NCBI GenBank assembly: GCA_963833225.1
Contig: CAWHXD010000017.1
Location: 160,001 to 224,000, forward strand
DNA length: 64,000 nucleotides
Reading direction: 5' to 3'
From: an uncultured Chloroflexia bacterium
Lineage (GTDB): Bacteria; Chloroflexota; Limnocylindria; Limnocylindrales; CSP1-4
In this document: piece after piece, positions 31,167 through 42,529 of the stretch
Numbering within the stretch: the first letter of the stretch is position 1
How the letters are laid out: each line of letters opens with the position of its first letter
The notes under the pieces: model-generated
Databases searched by the model: none
Seen by the model: only the letters and a program-made list of their open reading frames with translations
What the model was told of the DNA's origin: nothing
Made by a program: the position numbers and the translations under genes

Positions 31167-32310
31167 GTGCCGACGTTGACGTACGGCTCGTCGATATCAC
31201 CAAGGCGTTCGGCGACGTCGCTCGCCGTCGACCACATCGACCTCGAGGTGGCCGATGGCGAGTTCTTCAGCCTGCTGGGCCCGTCCGGCTGCGGCAAGAC
31301 CACGACGCTGCGCATGATCGGCGGCTTCGAGCAGCCCACCTCCGGCCTGATCGAGCTCCAGGGCCAGGACGTGACCTGGCTGCCGCCCTACCGGCGCAAC
31401 GTCAACACCGTCTTCCAGAGCTACGCGCTGTTCCCGCACCTCTCGATCTTCGAGAACGTCGCCTTCGGCCTGCGCCGCACGCGGTGTCAAGGACTCGCGA
31501 GATCAAGGCAGCGGGTCCGCCAGATGCTCGAGCTGGTGCGAGCTGCCCGGGTTCGAGACGCGCAAGCCCAACCAGATCTCGGGTGGCCAGGCGCAGCGCG
31601 TGGCGCTGGCGCGGGCGCTGATCAACCGGCCGGCCGTGCTGCTGCTGGACGAGCCGCTGGGCGCGCTGGACCTCAAGCTGCGCAAGCAGATGCAGGTCGA
31701 GCTCAAGCGGATCCAGCAGGAGGTCGGGATCACGTTCATCTACGTGACCCACGACCAGGAGGAGGCGATGACGATGTCGGATCGCATCGCCGTGATGAAC
31801 CGGGGCCACTACGAGCAGCTGGGTGACCCGGAGACGCTGTACGAGCGCCCGGAGACGCGGTTCGTGGCCGGCTTCCTCGGGGTCAGCAACCTGCTGGCGG
31901 GCGTGCTGCCAGGGCACGGCCGACGAATACGCGCGTCATCCGGCTCGAGGACGACGACCGTGGTTCGGGCACCCGGCCGCGGCGGTTCAGGGCCGCACGG
32001 CGGTGGATGTCGGCGTGCGGCCGGAGAAGATCCGGCTGCACCAGCGACGGGGAGCCGATGCCGGGTCGACACAACCACCTCAGCGGGGTGGTGCGTCGAC
32101 ACGTCCTACATCGGCGTCAGCACCCAGTACATCGTGGAGACCGCGCGGCGGAGCGCCGGGTGATGGTCTACGAGCAGAACATCGAGCGGGCCACGAAGGC
32201 CGAGCTGTGGGCTCGCGGCGACGAGGTCCACGGTCAGCCTGGGCACCCCGAGCACACCTTCGTCGTCGGACGAGTCCAGTGGCGCGGTCGCGCCGACCGA
32301 CGCCGCGTGA
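31167..32310 (+). CDS. potA: Polyamine ABC transporter ATP-binding protein, multiple frameshifts
   Basis: [30 protein letters not shown] and HDQEEA spread over several frames. Confidence 0.8.
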
Positions 32311-32336
32311 AGCGGGGAACGATCGGAGGAGCGGAG

Positions 32337-33620
32337 GTGGATCGAGACACCCTGACCACGACACCGGTCAGCCGCCGGCAGGTTCTCGCCGGTTCGGCGC
32401 GCTTGGCGGGCTGGCGGTGTTCCTGGCCGCGTGCGGCACCAAGGGCACCGCGGCCACCACGGAGCCGACCGCCGCCCCGCCGGCGCCACGCCGGCCCCCT
32501 CGCGGCGCCGGGCCGCGGCGCATCGCGCCGACGGAGGCGCCGATCGCCACGCCCCGCCCGCCAGCCGTCTGCCGAGGTCAACTGGGCCAACTGGACCTAC
32601 TACATCGACGTCGATGACAACGACGCCAACCTGCATCCCGACGCTCGACGCGTTCACCGCCAAGTACGGCACCGCGGTCAAGTACAGCGAGGTCATCGAC
32701 GACAACGAGGCCTTCTTCGGCACGATCCAGCCGGCGCTCCAGGCGGGTCAGACACCGGCTGGGACATCATCACCCTGACCGACTGGATGGCCTCGCGGCT
32801 GATCCGCCTGGGCTGGGTCGAGTCGTTCAACCTGGGCAACATGCCCAACTTCATGGCCAACCTGATGGACAACTACAAGGGCGTCGGCTGGGACCCGGAC
32901 GGCACCCACCATGCCCCGTGGCAGTCGGGCATGACCGGCATCGGCTTCGACCGGTCAAGGTGACGGGCGACGTCACGAGCCTCGGCGTGCCTCTTCACCG
33001 CCGACCCACGCTGGAAGGGCAAGACCGGGCTACCTGACCGAGATGCGCGACACGATCGGGCTGACCATGCTCTACCTGGGCCTCGATCCCGCCAACCCCA
33101 CGCGCGATGGCTGCGACCAGGCGGTGGCCGCGCTGCAGCAGGCGAAGTCCGACGGCATCATCCGCGCCTTCAAGGGCAACTCCTATGCCGAGGATCTGCG
33201 CAGCAAGGTCGTCGACTCGTCATGGCCTGGTCGGGCGACATGATCCAGGTGCTGGTCGACACGCGAACAGAAAAGCGGGACATCAAGTTCGTCGTCGCCG
33301 ACGAGGGCGGCATGCTCTGGACGGACAACAACATGATCCCCAAGGGCGCGTCAGCACAAGGGCACGGCCGAGCTGCTGATCGACTGGTACTACCATCCCC
33401 GAGAACGCCGCCGCTGGTCGAGGACTACGTCAACTACATCTGCCCGGTCAAGGGCGCCGACGTCGCGCTCCAGGCGATCGATCCGGAGGTCGCCGAGCAA
33501 CCCGCTGATCTTCCCGACCCGACGACGATCCGGCCAAGCTCCACATCTTCGGCGCGCTGAGCGAGGAGGACGAGGCGTACTTCAACCAGCAGTTCGCGAA
33601 GGTGCCCGGCAGTCGGCTGA
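32337..33620 (+). CDS. potD: Polyamine ABC substrate-binding Tat lipoprotein, multiple frameshifts
   Basis: SRRQVL twin-Arg, LAAC lipobox, NWANWTYYID, PWQSGMTG, WSGD, WTDNNMIP. Confidence 0.75.
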
Positions 33621-33669
33621 GCCCGACCGGCAACCACGCTCCGTAACCTGAGGGAGTCGGTACCGGCCG

Positions 33670-34703
33670 ATGGGTACGTTGCTGAAGCGACACCACTGGA
33701 TCGCGTCCGCTGGCGCTGCTCGCGCCCGGGCATGCTGTGGCTGCTCGTGTTCTACTCTGTACCCTGCGTTCCAGATGTTCTGTCCAGCTTCTGGGCGGGA
33801 TCCCTCGCGAGAAGGGCTTCGAGTTCTCGCTCGACAACTAGATCAACTACCCGAACGCGCTCGACGCGAGTTCGCCCCGTGGTACGGGCGCTCGATCGAT
33901 GTACGGCGGCGCGGCAACGGTGACCACGTTCCTGATCGCCTACCCGCTCGCCTACACGATCGCGTTCAAGGGCGGCCGCTACAAGAACCTGCTGCTGTTC
34001 CTGGTGGTGGCCCCGTTCTTCACCAGCTTCCTGCTGCGGACCATCAGCTGGAAGATCCTGCTGGGCGACGTGGGGCCGATCCTCGGTCCCGCTCAAGTCG
34101 GCCCGGGCTGCTCGACCGAGGACTTCCAGCATCCTGGCCACACCCGATGGCGGTCATCGCCGGCATCACCTACAACTTCCTGCCGTTCATGACCCTGCCG
34201 ATCTACGTCGCGCTCGAGAAGGTGGACATCCGGCTGGTGGAGGCGGCCAAGGACCTGTACGCCGGGCCCGTGGCGACCTGGTGGGGCGATCGCCGGTTCG
34301 GTCGTCGGCGGCGTGCTGACGGCCGTGCTGGGCCTGGCGTTCGACGCCGAGTGGCCCGTGTTCGCCGTCATCGGCGCAGCCGTCGGGGCGCTGATCGGCG
34401 TGGCTGTTCATCTCCGAGTCGTTCGTCCGGGTGACGTTCCCGCTGTCGCTGTCCGGCGTGTTCGCGGGAGGGCTGCTGACGTTCATCCCGGCGATCGGTG
34501 ACTACATCAACGCCGAGCTGCTGGGCAATCCGGACACGAACATGATCGGCAATGTCATCCAGAACAAGTTCCTGACCCAGAACGACTACCCGATCGCGGC
34601 GGCCCTCGTCTTCATGCTGATGGCCGGCGTGCTGATCGTGGTCGCGATCTACGCCCGGATCCTCGGCACCGAGGAGCTGTCCCCAGCCGCGGCGAGGGTC
34701 TGA
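33670..34703 (+). CDS. potB: Polyamine ABC permease, frameshifted
   Basis: APFFTSFLLRT, YNFLPFM, EAAKDLYA, FIPAIGDY. Confidence 0.78.
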
Positions 34704-35568
34704 TGGCCGACGGCGCACCCGGCTGCTCGTCGCCACCCGGCCTCGGCGGATCGCTGGGCGCGCCGGGTGCTCGGCCGGCTCGTCGACCGCTGGTCGATGA
34801 TCGCGTACACGCTGCTGGCGGTCATCTACCTGATGCTGCCGGTGCGCGTGATCATCCGTTCAGCTTCAACGACCCGGCCGGCCGCAGCAACTTCATCTGG
34901 CAGCGGGTTCACGCTCAAGTACTGGCTGGAACCCGTTCGGGGTCGCCGGCCTGTTCGACGCCGTGGGCTGAGCCTGGTCATCGCGTCGCTGTCCACGGTG
35001 ATCGCGACCGCGCTCGGCACGCTGGTGGCCATCGCGCTGGAGCGCTACCGGTTCCGCGGCGCGCTGGCGGTCAACTCGCTGATCTTCCTGCCCATGGCGA
35101 CGCCCGAGATCATCATGGGCGCCTCGCTGCTGACGCTGTTCGTGTCGATCGGGTCACCGACCCGTTCTTCCCGCTCAACTTCACGACCATCCTGATCGCG
35201 CACGTCATGTTCAACATCAGCTTCGTCGTGGTCACCGTGCGTGCCCGGCTGGCCGGGTTCCCGCGTCACCTCGAGGAGGCGGCGGCGGACCTGTACGCCA
35301 ACGAGTGGCAGACCTTCTGGAAGGTCACCTTCCCGCTGATCCTGCCGGGGATCATGGCGGCCGCCCTGCTCGCGTTCAGCCTGTCGATCGACGACTTCGT
35401 GATCACCAACTTCACGGCCGGCAAGACGCAGACGTTCCCGATGTACATCTACGCCAAGTCCCGCATCGGGATCCCGGTCCAGGTCAACGTCATCGGGACC
35501 GCGATCTTCCTGATCGCCGTCGGGTGGCGTGGTCCTGACCACGCTCGTCCGCCCGCCGCCGCCGCTGA
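34703..35568 (+). CDS. potC: Polyamine ABC permease, frameshifted
   Basis: PMATPEII, EEAAADLYA, FSLSIDDFVIT. Confidence 0.78.
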
Positions 35569-35576
35569 GGACCCGC

Positions 35577-36915
35577 ATGACCACCGAGCCCGCCGAGGAC
35601 CCACGACGGCTGATCCGCCAGCTGCCCCCTCCCCGACCGGTCCGTGATCCCGGCGGTATGGGGCCGGATCACCAACCTCGTCGTCGACCACGGCGAAGGC
35701 TCGTGGCTGGTCACTCGCCGACGGGCGAGCGCTACCTCGACTACACCTCGGGCATCGGCGTCACCAACACCGGACACGCCCATCCGCGCGTGGTGGCCGC
35801 GATCCAGGCGCAGGCGGCGAAGCTGCTCCACGGCCAGCAGAACATCGTCTACCACGAGCCCGGCCTGCGGCTGTACGAGCGGCTCGCGCAGCCTGCTCCC
35901 CGGTGGCCCCTGGAGCGCGTTCCTGTCCAACTCCGGCGCCGAAGCCGTCGAGGCGGCCGTGAAGCTCGCCCGCGTCGCCACCGGGCGGCCCGTGATCATC
36001 GGCTTCCGGTACGCGTTCCACGGCCGGATCGGCAACGCGATGGCGCTCACGGCCGCCAAGGATGTCTACCGGGCCGCATTCGAGCCACTTCCCGGGTCGA
36101 TCTACCACACCGCCTACCCGTACTGCTACCGGGCTGCTGGCGGTGCCCACGACCCATCCGCCTGCACCTGCGACTGGCAGGAGCAGCTCGACCTGCTGTT
36201 CCACCAGATGGTCTACCCGGACAAGGTCGCCGCGATCATCGTGGAGCCGGTGATCGGCGAGGGCGGCTACATCGTGCCTCCGCCCGACTTCCTGCCGCGG
36301 CTGCGCGACCTCACCCGGCGGCACGGGATCCTGCTGATCGCCGATGAGGTCCAGACAGGCTTCGGGCGCACGGGCGAGATGTTCGCCGTTCGCCACTGGG
36401 ACGTGGAGCCGGACATCCTGGTCATGGCCAAGGGCATCGCATCCGGGCTGCCCCTGTCCGGGATTCTCGCCCGCACCGAGCTGATGGAGCGGTTCGCTCC
36501 CGGGACGCATGGCGGCACGTATGGCGGAAACGTGGTCTCGTGCGCGGCAGCCCTGGCCACGCTCGACGTCATCGAGTCCGAGGGGCTGGTTGCCAATGCG
36601 CGCGAACGCGGGGCCCAGTTCCTCGCCGGGCTGCGAGTCCTCGCCGCGACGCATCCGTCCATCGGCGACGTGCGCGGCCTGGGCCTGATGCTCGCGATGG
36701 AGTTCATCACGCCCGGCGAGGGCGACGGCCGGGTCCCCGATGCCGCCCTGACCAAGCGCGTCCAGCAGGAGTGCTTCGCGCGCCGGTTGATGGTGCTGAC
36801 CGCCGGGACGTCGGCGAACGTCGTCCGGATCATCCCGCCCCTCGTCACGACCGCGGACGAGGTGGACCTGGCGCTCGGGATCATCGCCGAGGCACTGGAC
36901 GCCGCCGGGGCGTAG
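35577..36915 (+). CDS. Class III PLP aminotransferase (4-aminobutyrate aminotransferase-like), 5' frameshifts
   Basis: SNSGAEAVEAA, EPVIGEGG, DEVQTGFGRTG, AKGIASG, HGGTYGGN. Confidence 0.88.
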
Positions 36916-36979
36916 GCGGCCGAACCGGGGGCCGTCGGGCGCCGTTCGGCGACCGGGCGACCCGACCCCTGCTCCGACC

Positions 36980-37819
36980 TCAGGCCTCCCGCAGCCGGCG
37001 CAGGACCAGCTCGTGGAGCAGCCCGTTGGAGCCCACGAATGACTGAGCGTCGATCCGCCGCTCGCCGGCCACATCGGTGACCTTGCCGCCGGCCTCCTCG
37101 ATCACGACCACGGGTCCGGCGAGGTCCCAGGGCCTCATTCCCGTCTCGAACATCGCCTCGGCGGCGCCTTCCGCCACGAGCGCGTAGCCCCAGAAGTCGC
37201 CAAAGCCCCGCTCGCGCCAGGCGTCGGCGAGCAGGCGGTCGAAGCCGGGCATCAGGCCACTGGCGACGGTGTCGCGGGCCGATCCATACAGGAGCTGCGC
37301 ATCCTCGAGCGCGCCGACGCGGGAGACGCGGATGCGCCGCTCCGTCCCCTCCCCGCCCCGGTTCCACGCCCCACCGCCTCGGTGCGCATACCAGCGCTCG
37401 CGCATGGCGGGTGCGGAGATCACCCCGACCTGGAGCTCGCCGTCATGCTCGACACCGAGGAGGGTCCCGAACAGCGGCACGCCGCGAATGAAGTTATGGG
37501 TGCCGTCGATGGGGTCGATGAACCAGCGGGTGGGAGCGTCACCGTCCTCGGTCCCGTACTCCTCTCCCACCAGACCGTGGTCCGGGTACCGGGCACGGAT
37601 CCGCTCCCGGATCAGCCGCTCGATGCCCTGGTCGGCGACGGTCACGAAGCTGCGGTCGGGCTTGCGCTCGATGTCGAGGTCGCGCCGGAAGTGGCGGAGC
37701 GCGATCTCGTCGGCCGCGTCGCACAGCTCCAGGGCGAAGGCAAGCCACTCCCGGAGGGTGGTTTCCGGGACACGGGCGCGGGAGGCGGACCACTCCGGTC
37801 CGAAGTCGGGCGATGTCAT
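36980..37819 (-). CDS. hisN: Histidinol-phosphatase (inositol monophosphatase family)
   Basis: GEEYG, IDPIDGTHNF, GFGDFWGY, WDLAG. Confidence 0.85.
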   Translation of the reverse strand: MTSPDFGPEWSASRARVPETTLREWLAFALELCDAADEIALRHFRRDLDIERKPDRSFVTVADQGIERLIRERIRARYPDHGLVGEEYGTEDGDAPTRWFIDPIDGTHNFIRGVPLFGTLLGVEHDGELQVGVISAPAMRERWYAHRGGGAWNRGGEGTERRIRVSRVGALEDAQLLYGSARDTVASGLMPGFDRLLADAWRERGFGDFWGYALVAEGAAEAMFETGMRPWDLAGPVVVIEEAGGKVTDVAGERRIDAQSFVGSNGLLHELVLRRLREA

Positions 37820-37834
37820 GGCCCCATCATGCCG

Positions 37835-38842
37835 TCAGTGGCAGGCGCCTGTGCCCTCATCGGCGAATCCCGGCGCCGTGGCCACGAACCGGAACGTCCA
37901 GCCGCCATCGCCAAGGGTCAGCTCCAGCACCCCGAACACGCCGGTGGCGCGGACGACGCTGTTGGCGCGGATGTCGCCGAACGCGCGCGGGCCGCCGCCG
38001 CCGGTCCCGACCACGAACTCCGTGATGCCTCGCGCAGGGTCGGGGGCGGCCGAAGGATCCTGGGCATCGAACCGCTCGTAGTCGTGATCGTGGCCGTTGA
38101 GGACGATGTCGGCGCCGCCCGCGTACAGGGCATCCCAGAACGGCGCGCTGGATCCGTCGTTCCCGTGGTCGCCACTGGAGAAGCGCGGCTGGTGCCACAG
38201 GGCCAGCGTGCACGCGGCGTGGCTCGCCGCGAGGTCGTCCCGAAGCCACCGGAGCTGCGGGGAGTCCGGGCCGCAGCCCCCGGCGACCACGTGGCAATCC
38301 GCATCGAGGACCACGACGTGCCACGAGCCCAGCTCGTCCGAGAAGTACGTCCGGCCATCCCGCGAGGCGGCGCGGCCCAGGTAGTCGCGGAGCGGGGCGC
38401 CGGCGTCGGTGAGATCGTCATGGTTGCCGGTGATGGCATACCGGATGCGGTCCGTCACGCCCGCCCAGGCCGCCCCGAAGCAGTTCCGGAGCTCGTCCGG
38501 GGTGCCGCTGTCGTACGCGGTATCGCCAAGGGTCGCCACGGCGCCGGGGAGCGTCGCGATGAGAGCGCCAACGGCGTCGTCATCCGTCGAGTCGCAGCGT
38601 CCGATGTCGCCCACCGCCAGCAGGACCGGGTCGCCGGCAGCCATGGATGGCTCGGGCGGCGTGGGGGTCGATGTCGGGGCGGCCGCGGAGGGCACCGTGG
38701 CGCTCGAGGCGGGAGCGGCGACGGTGGCCACGGGCGCCATGGTCGCGCCCGTCCCCGCCGGGCCTCCGCACGCGGCGAGGGCGAGGCAGCCGCTCAGCAG
38801 CGCGGCCAGGCGCCGAGAACGGTGGGCGCGTTGGCGGCTCAT
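37835..38842 (-). CDS. Secreted calcineurin-like metallophosphoesterase lipoprotein
   Basis: LAAC lipobox; GDI, LGD, GNHD, NGHDHDYER. Confidence 0.88.
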   Translation of the reverse strand: MSRQRAHRSRRLAALLSGCLALAACGGPAGTGATMAPVATVAAPASSATVPSAAAPTSTPTPPEPSMAAGDPVLLAVGDIGRCDSTDDDAVGALIATLPGAVATLGDTAYDSGTPDELRNCFGAAWAGVTDRIRYAITGNHDDLTDAGAPLRDYLGRAASRDGRTYFSDELGSWHVVVLDADCHVVAGGCGPDSPQLRWLRDDLAASHAACTLALWHQPRFSSGDHGNDGSSAPFWDALYAGGADIVLNGHDHDYERFDAQDPSAAPDPARGITEFVVGTGGGGPRAFGDIRANSVVRATGVFGVLELTLGDGGWTFRFVATAPGFADEGTGACH

Positions 38843-38893
38843 CGGCCCATCGTACGGCGGATCAGGCCGGCGACCCATCGGGCCACCAGCCGA

Positions 38894-39484
38894 TCAGGCC
38901 AGCGGTTCGAATGCCGCCGGGTAGCGGACCGTGCCACGCATGTCGTCGGTCCACGCCGGGAGCAGCCGCGCCATCCATGCCTCGTCCGGCCACGCCGCCG
39001 CCGGGGGCTGCAGGCCGACGTCACGGGCGCTCGAGAACCCGAACCGCGGGTAGTACGTCGGGTGTCCCAGCAGCACGAGCGCGGGCACTCCTCGAGCGAT
39101 CGCAAGGCTCATCGCCGCACCCATCAGGGAAGCCCCGATGCCCTGGAACTGGAGCTCGGGCAGCACCGCCACCGGTCCGATCGCGAGCACGGTATTGACG
39201 AGGACGCCGTCGTCATCCTCGACGCGGCACGGCGAGAGCAGCAGGTGGCCCACGATGACGTCATCGGCGGACGTCCCGGGCGCGCCCACCGCCACCACGG
39301 AGTGCCAGCCCTCCGGCGCCTCGCGCCGGATCAGGTCGACGATGTCCGCCTCCTCGGGCCCCGTGAAGGCGGCGAGGTTGACGCGACGGACCCCCGGCTC
39401 GTCACCGGGGGTCTCGAGGCGGATGCGGACCGGGAAGGGTTCCGGGCCCGGGGTCGCGAACGGCGTGCCGGGGTCGGAGGCCAC
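38894..39484 (-). CDS. GNAT N-acetyltransferase (YhbS-like)
   Basis: QFQGIGASL, LLGHPTYYPRFGF. Confidence 0.88.
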   Translation of the reverse strand: MASDPGTPFATPGPEPFPVRIRLETPGDEPGVRRVNLAAFTGPEEADIVDLIRREAPEGWHSVVAVGAPGTSADDVIVGHLLLSPCRVEDDDGVLVNTVLAIGPVAVLPELQFQGIGASLMGAAMSLAIARGVPALVLLGHPTYYPRFGFSSARDVGLQPPAAAWPDEAWMARLLPAWTDDMRGTVRYPAAFEPLA

Positions 39485-39488
39485 CGGA

Positions 39489-40889
39489 TCAGCCAGCCGC
39501 GGCCTTGAGCGCCTCGGGGATCGGGCGGGAGACGGCGACCGGCTTCACGTACCGGCTGACCATCTCCAGCGAGCCGTTGACCCGCAGCTGGGTGAACAGG
39601 TACGCGACCTTGGCGCCCTGGCTGGCGAGGATCTCGTCCTTGGTGGCGAGGTCCCACAGCTGCCGCTTGAACGGGCCGATGGCCTTCTTGCGGGTGGTGT
39701 ACAGGAACTGCTCCTCGGTCTGGCCGGCCTTGCGCTCGCCGGCGGCGTTCTCGCGGCACCACGACTCGATCTCGGCCGTGAGCGCGGCCGGGAACGCCGG
39801 GTGGTCGTACAGCGCGTTCTGGAACCCCGTCGCGAGGTGGATCTCGGCGGTCTCGACCTCCGGGAACCGGTGGAACAGCTCGTCGGGGAGCGTGGAGGCT
39901 CCGTGCTGGACCGCGCCGGCAAGGCCGCGAGAGCGGGCATGCTCGCCCAGCCTGGCAAGCACGTCGAAGTCCAACTTGACCTCGGCCACGCCACCACCGG
40001 GGAGCGGCACCCCACCGTGGCTGGTGCCGGTCTGAACCGAGACCTTGGACACGCCCTTGGCGCCGGGGGCCAGCTTGCCGAGCACCGCGTCGTACCCGTC
40101 AAGGTACGCCTTGAGCTCCTCGACGCTGGAGTTGGCCTTGCCCACCTCGCCGATCTCACCACCAACGCTGATGGTCACGCCATCGGTCTCGAGCGAGCGG
40201 ATCAGCGCGGTGAGCTCGGCTGCCCGCGTGTAGTTCTCCCGCTGCTCGAGGTCCAGGTTCGGCTGGGAGAGGTCCACGAGGGTGGAGCTGTCGATGTCGA
40301 TGTTGCGGTATCCGGCCTCGACGGCCAGGCGGCAGGCGCGCCGGATCTCCTCGGTCATGGCCTCGGGATCCGCCGCGTACTTCTTGGCGTTGAACTGGTA
40401 GTGGTCACCCTGGAGGAAGACCGGTCCGCTCCAGCCGGCGGCGATGGCGCCCGCGAACGCCGAGGTCGCGAAGTCCATCGGTCGCTGGAAGGTATAGGTC
40501 TGCTCGGAGCGGGCAATCTCGAGCAGGAGCGCCCCGACATCTGCCTTCCTGGCGGTTTCGAAGATCGTGCGCGCCATGTCAAAGGTCTGCGCCCGCAGGT
40601 TGATCGCGGGGACCGTGAAGCCGGAGACGTCGCCCCGGCCGCGGGCCATGTACAGGTCCTGGATGGACGCCGACTGGACGCCCAGGGCCTGGCTGGCCTC
40701 CCAGACGATCCAGCGGGCGGCCTCGGCGGTGGCGTCGTCCGCGGTGAACGCGGCGGTCCAGGCCAGGTCGGCGGCCGCCTCGCTCCGGAGGCGCGTGGCA
40801 TCATCGACGACGAGCTTGTCCTCGGCCACGTGCGCGATCCCGGACAGGTGCGCGAGCAGGTCGGCGGGTGAGGTTGCGACGTAGGGCAT
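39489..40889 (-). CDS. Class II fructose-bisphosphate aldolase family protein
   Basis: FTVPAIN, QGDH, GGEIGEVG, GTSHGG, VQHGAS. Confidence 0.85.
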   Translation of the reverse strand: MPYVATSPADLLAHLSGIAHVAEDKLVVDDATRLRSEAAADLAWTAAFTADDATAEAARWIVWEASQALGVQSASIQDLYMARGRGDVSGFTVPAINLRAQTFDMARTIFETARKADVGALLLEIARSEQTYTFQRPMDFATSAFAGAIAAGWSGPVFLQGDHYQFNAKKYAADPEAMTEEIRRACRLAVEAGYRNIDIDSSTLVDLSQPNLDLEQRENYTRAAELTALIRSLETDGVTISVGGEIGEVGKANSSVEELKAYLDGYDAVLGKLAPGAKGVSKVSVQTGTSHGGVPLPGGGVAEVKLDFDVLARLGEHARSRGLAGAVQHGASTLPDELFHRFPEVETAEIHLATGFQNALYDHPAFPAALTAEIESWCRENAAGERKAGQTEEQFLYTTRKKAIGPFKRQLWDLATKDEILASQGAKVAYLFTQLRVNGSLEMVSRYVKPVAVSRPIPEALKAAAG

Positions 40890-41159
40890 CGGGATCTGGC
40901 TCTCCTGTGGCGTGTCCCGTCGATGGTACCGGCGGGCGCGTGCGAGGGACGTGGCGTCCGTTGCCGACGGGCGGCGACCCGACCAGCATGGACGGCCGCA
41001 GAGTTGATGCAGAGGGCGAAACGGCGTGCGTCGCGCGGGCGGGTCCCCCGTCCCTGCGGGTCCAGTGGACCTGGTTCAGGGGCCACCTGGACGGCCCGGC
41101 GCGCGGGTCCAGTGCGTGGCGCGTGGCAAACCGGGGCGCGCGGCTGGCGCCCCCACCGG

Positions 41160-41636
41160 TCACCTTGGAACGGCTACCACCATCAGGAACGTGATCACCA
41201 CCACCAGCACCGAGAGCGTGATCCCCGTCAGGCGGATCCGGCGCGCGGTGGCCAGCAGCTCCGGGGACGGCGGCTGGCCTGGAGCCGGAGGCTGCGACGT
41301 GAGCGCAACCAGCTTCCGGCTCGCTGGAGCCATGACGGCCATCGACAGCACGACTGCGACGACGTACAGCAGGATGCCCACCTCGAGCCAATGCCCGGTG
41401 GTGCCGAGGTTCGTCCATCCACGAACCAGGATCATTCCGATGCCCGTGACCGCCATGGAGATCGAAACGGGTGTGATCACGGCACGCGCCGCCAGGGCCT
41501 GGCTGCGCGCGTAGAAGTTGGCGTGCTGCGGCTCCTTGGCGACCATCGGCCCCACGACCATGGACACGAAACCCGGCCCGAACGCGACGATCGCCCCGAG
41601 CACGTGCAGGAACAACAGGATGACAAACAGGTCCAA
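41160..41636 (-). CDS. DUF2269-like membrane protein
   Basis: LFLHVLGAIVAFG N-terminus, four TM segments, FLMV..P C-terminus. Confidence 0.75.
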   Translation of the reverse strand: MDLFVILLFLHVLGAIVAFGPGFVSMVVGPMVAKEPQHANFYARSQALAARAVITPVSISMAVTGIGMILVRGWTNLGTTGHWLEVGILLYVVAVVLSMAVMAPASRKLVALTSQPPAPGQPPSPELLATARRIRLTGITLSVLVVVITFLMVVAVPR

Positions 41637-41734
41637 CTCGGGTCCCTCTCTTCAGGCAGTTGCGCCTCCCCAGCGCCTGCGGCCGATGCTAGCAGGACGA
41701 CTGGTGTCCGGTGAACCCCTTCGCCCGGGCGGTC

Positions 41735-42493
41735 TCAACCGCGGGATGCCTGTTCCGCGAACGCGGCGGCACGTCGAGCCTGCTCGCGCTCGAACGCCAC
41801 CGGCGCCACTCCAAGGCGGCCCGCCAGGTCAGGAACGACGCCCCAGGCAAAGTGGTCCCACGCGGACGTCCGGGGGTTCCACGTTGCCAGCACGGCCGGG
41901 GGCAGGCGCTGGACGTGACCGTGCGTGTCCACGGCGACGGGTCGAACGTAGTGGGCGGCCTCCACGCGAGCGGCGCCCGTCACCCCCGTCACGGCCAGGA
42001 CGACGCCCACGCGCGATCGCTCGTCCTGGTCTGCGCCGACCGATGGATCGTGCAGTGCATTGAGGACGTCGTCGAGCCCGTCGCCGTCCATCGTCGCGAG
42101 CAGGCCGAAGCCGAGGGCGAGCGCCCGGACCACGATCCGGGCTCGTTCACCGGTCACGCCGTCCGGATGGGCCAGCCCACGAACCAACAGGACCCCGTCC
42201 GACGACGACAGGCAGAGGTCAGCCGGCACGCTCCCCGCCCGATCCCGCCGCCACCCGAGCTCCGTCGCCTCGGGCAGCCAGGCGAAGTCGTCGTCCGCCG
42301 CGACCTTCCCGCTCCGCGCGTCGGGCGCGAGGAGCCCGGCCAGGGTGTCGATCACGCGTTCGTTCGCCCTCGACGAGCGGCCAACGGCCACCAGCGGAAC
42401 CCGGGCCTCGAGGAGGACCGAGAGCAAGGCCAGGAGCTCCGTGTCCAGGACACCGTCACGGAGCAGGGCAACGGGTCCGTGGGGGTCACGCAT
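41735..42493 (-). CDS. Degenerate VirB11/CpaF-like secretion ATPase-related protein
   Basis: LLRDGVLDTELLALLSVLLE and GFGLLATM resemble this family; Walker A is missing. Confidence 0.55.
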   Translation of the reverse strand: MRDPHGPVALLRDGVLDTELLALLSVLLEARVPLVAVGRSSRANERVIDTLAGLLAPDARSGKVAADDDFAWLPEATELGWRRDRAGSVPADLCLSSSDGVLLVRGLAHPDGVTGERARIVVRALALGFGLLATMDGDGLDDVLNALHDPSVGADQDERSRVGVVLAVTGVTGAARVEAAHYVRPVAVDTHGHVQRLPPAVLATWNPRTSAWDHFAWGVVPDLAGRLGVAPVAFEREQARRAAAFAEQASRG

Positions 42494-42529
42494 CGTGTCA
42501 CGATAGGGCACCCACAAGGAGCGAGCCCC

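Noticed and set aside
31167-35900. Programmed frameshifting in the polyamine operon
   Set aside because: Too many shifts, no consistent slippery sites, and regional clustering point to sequencing error.
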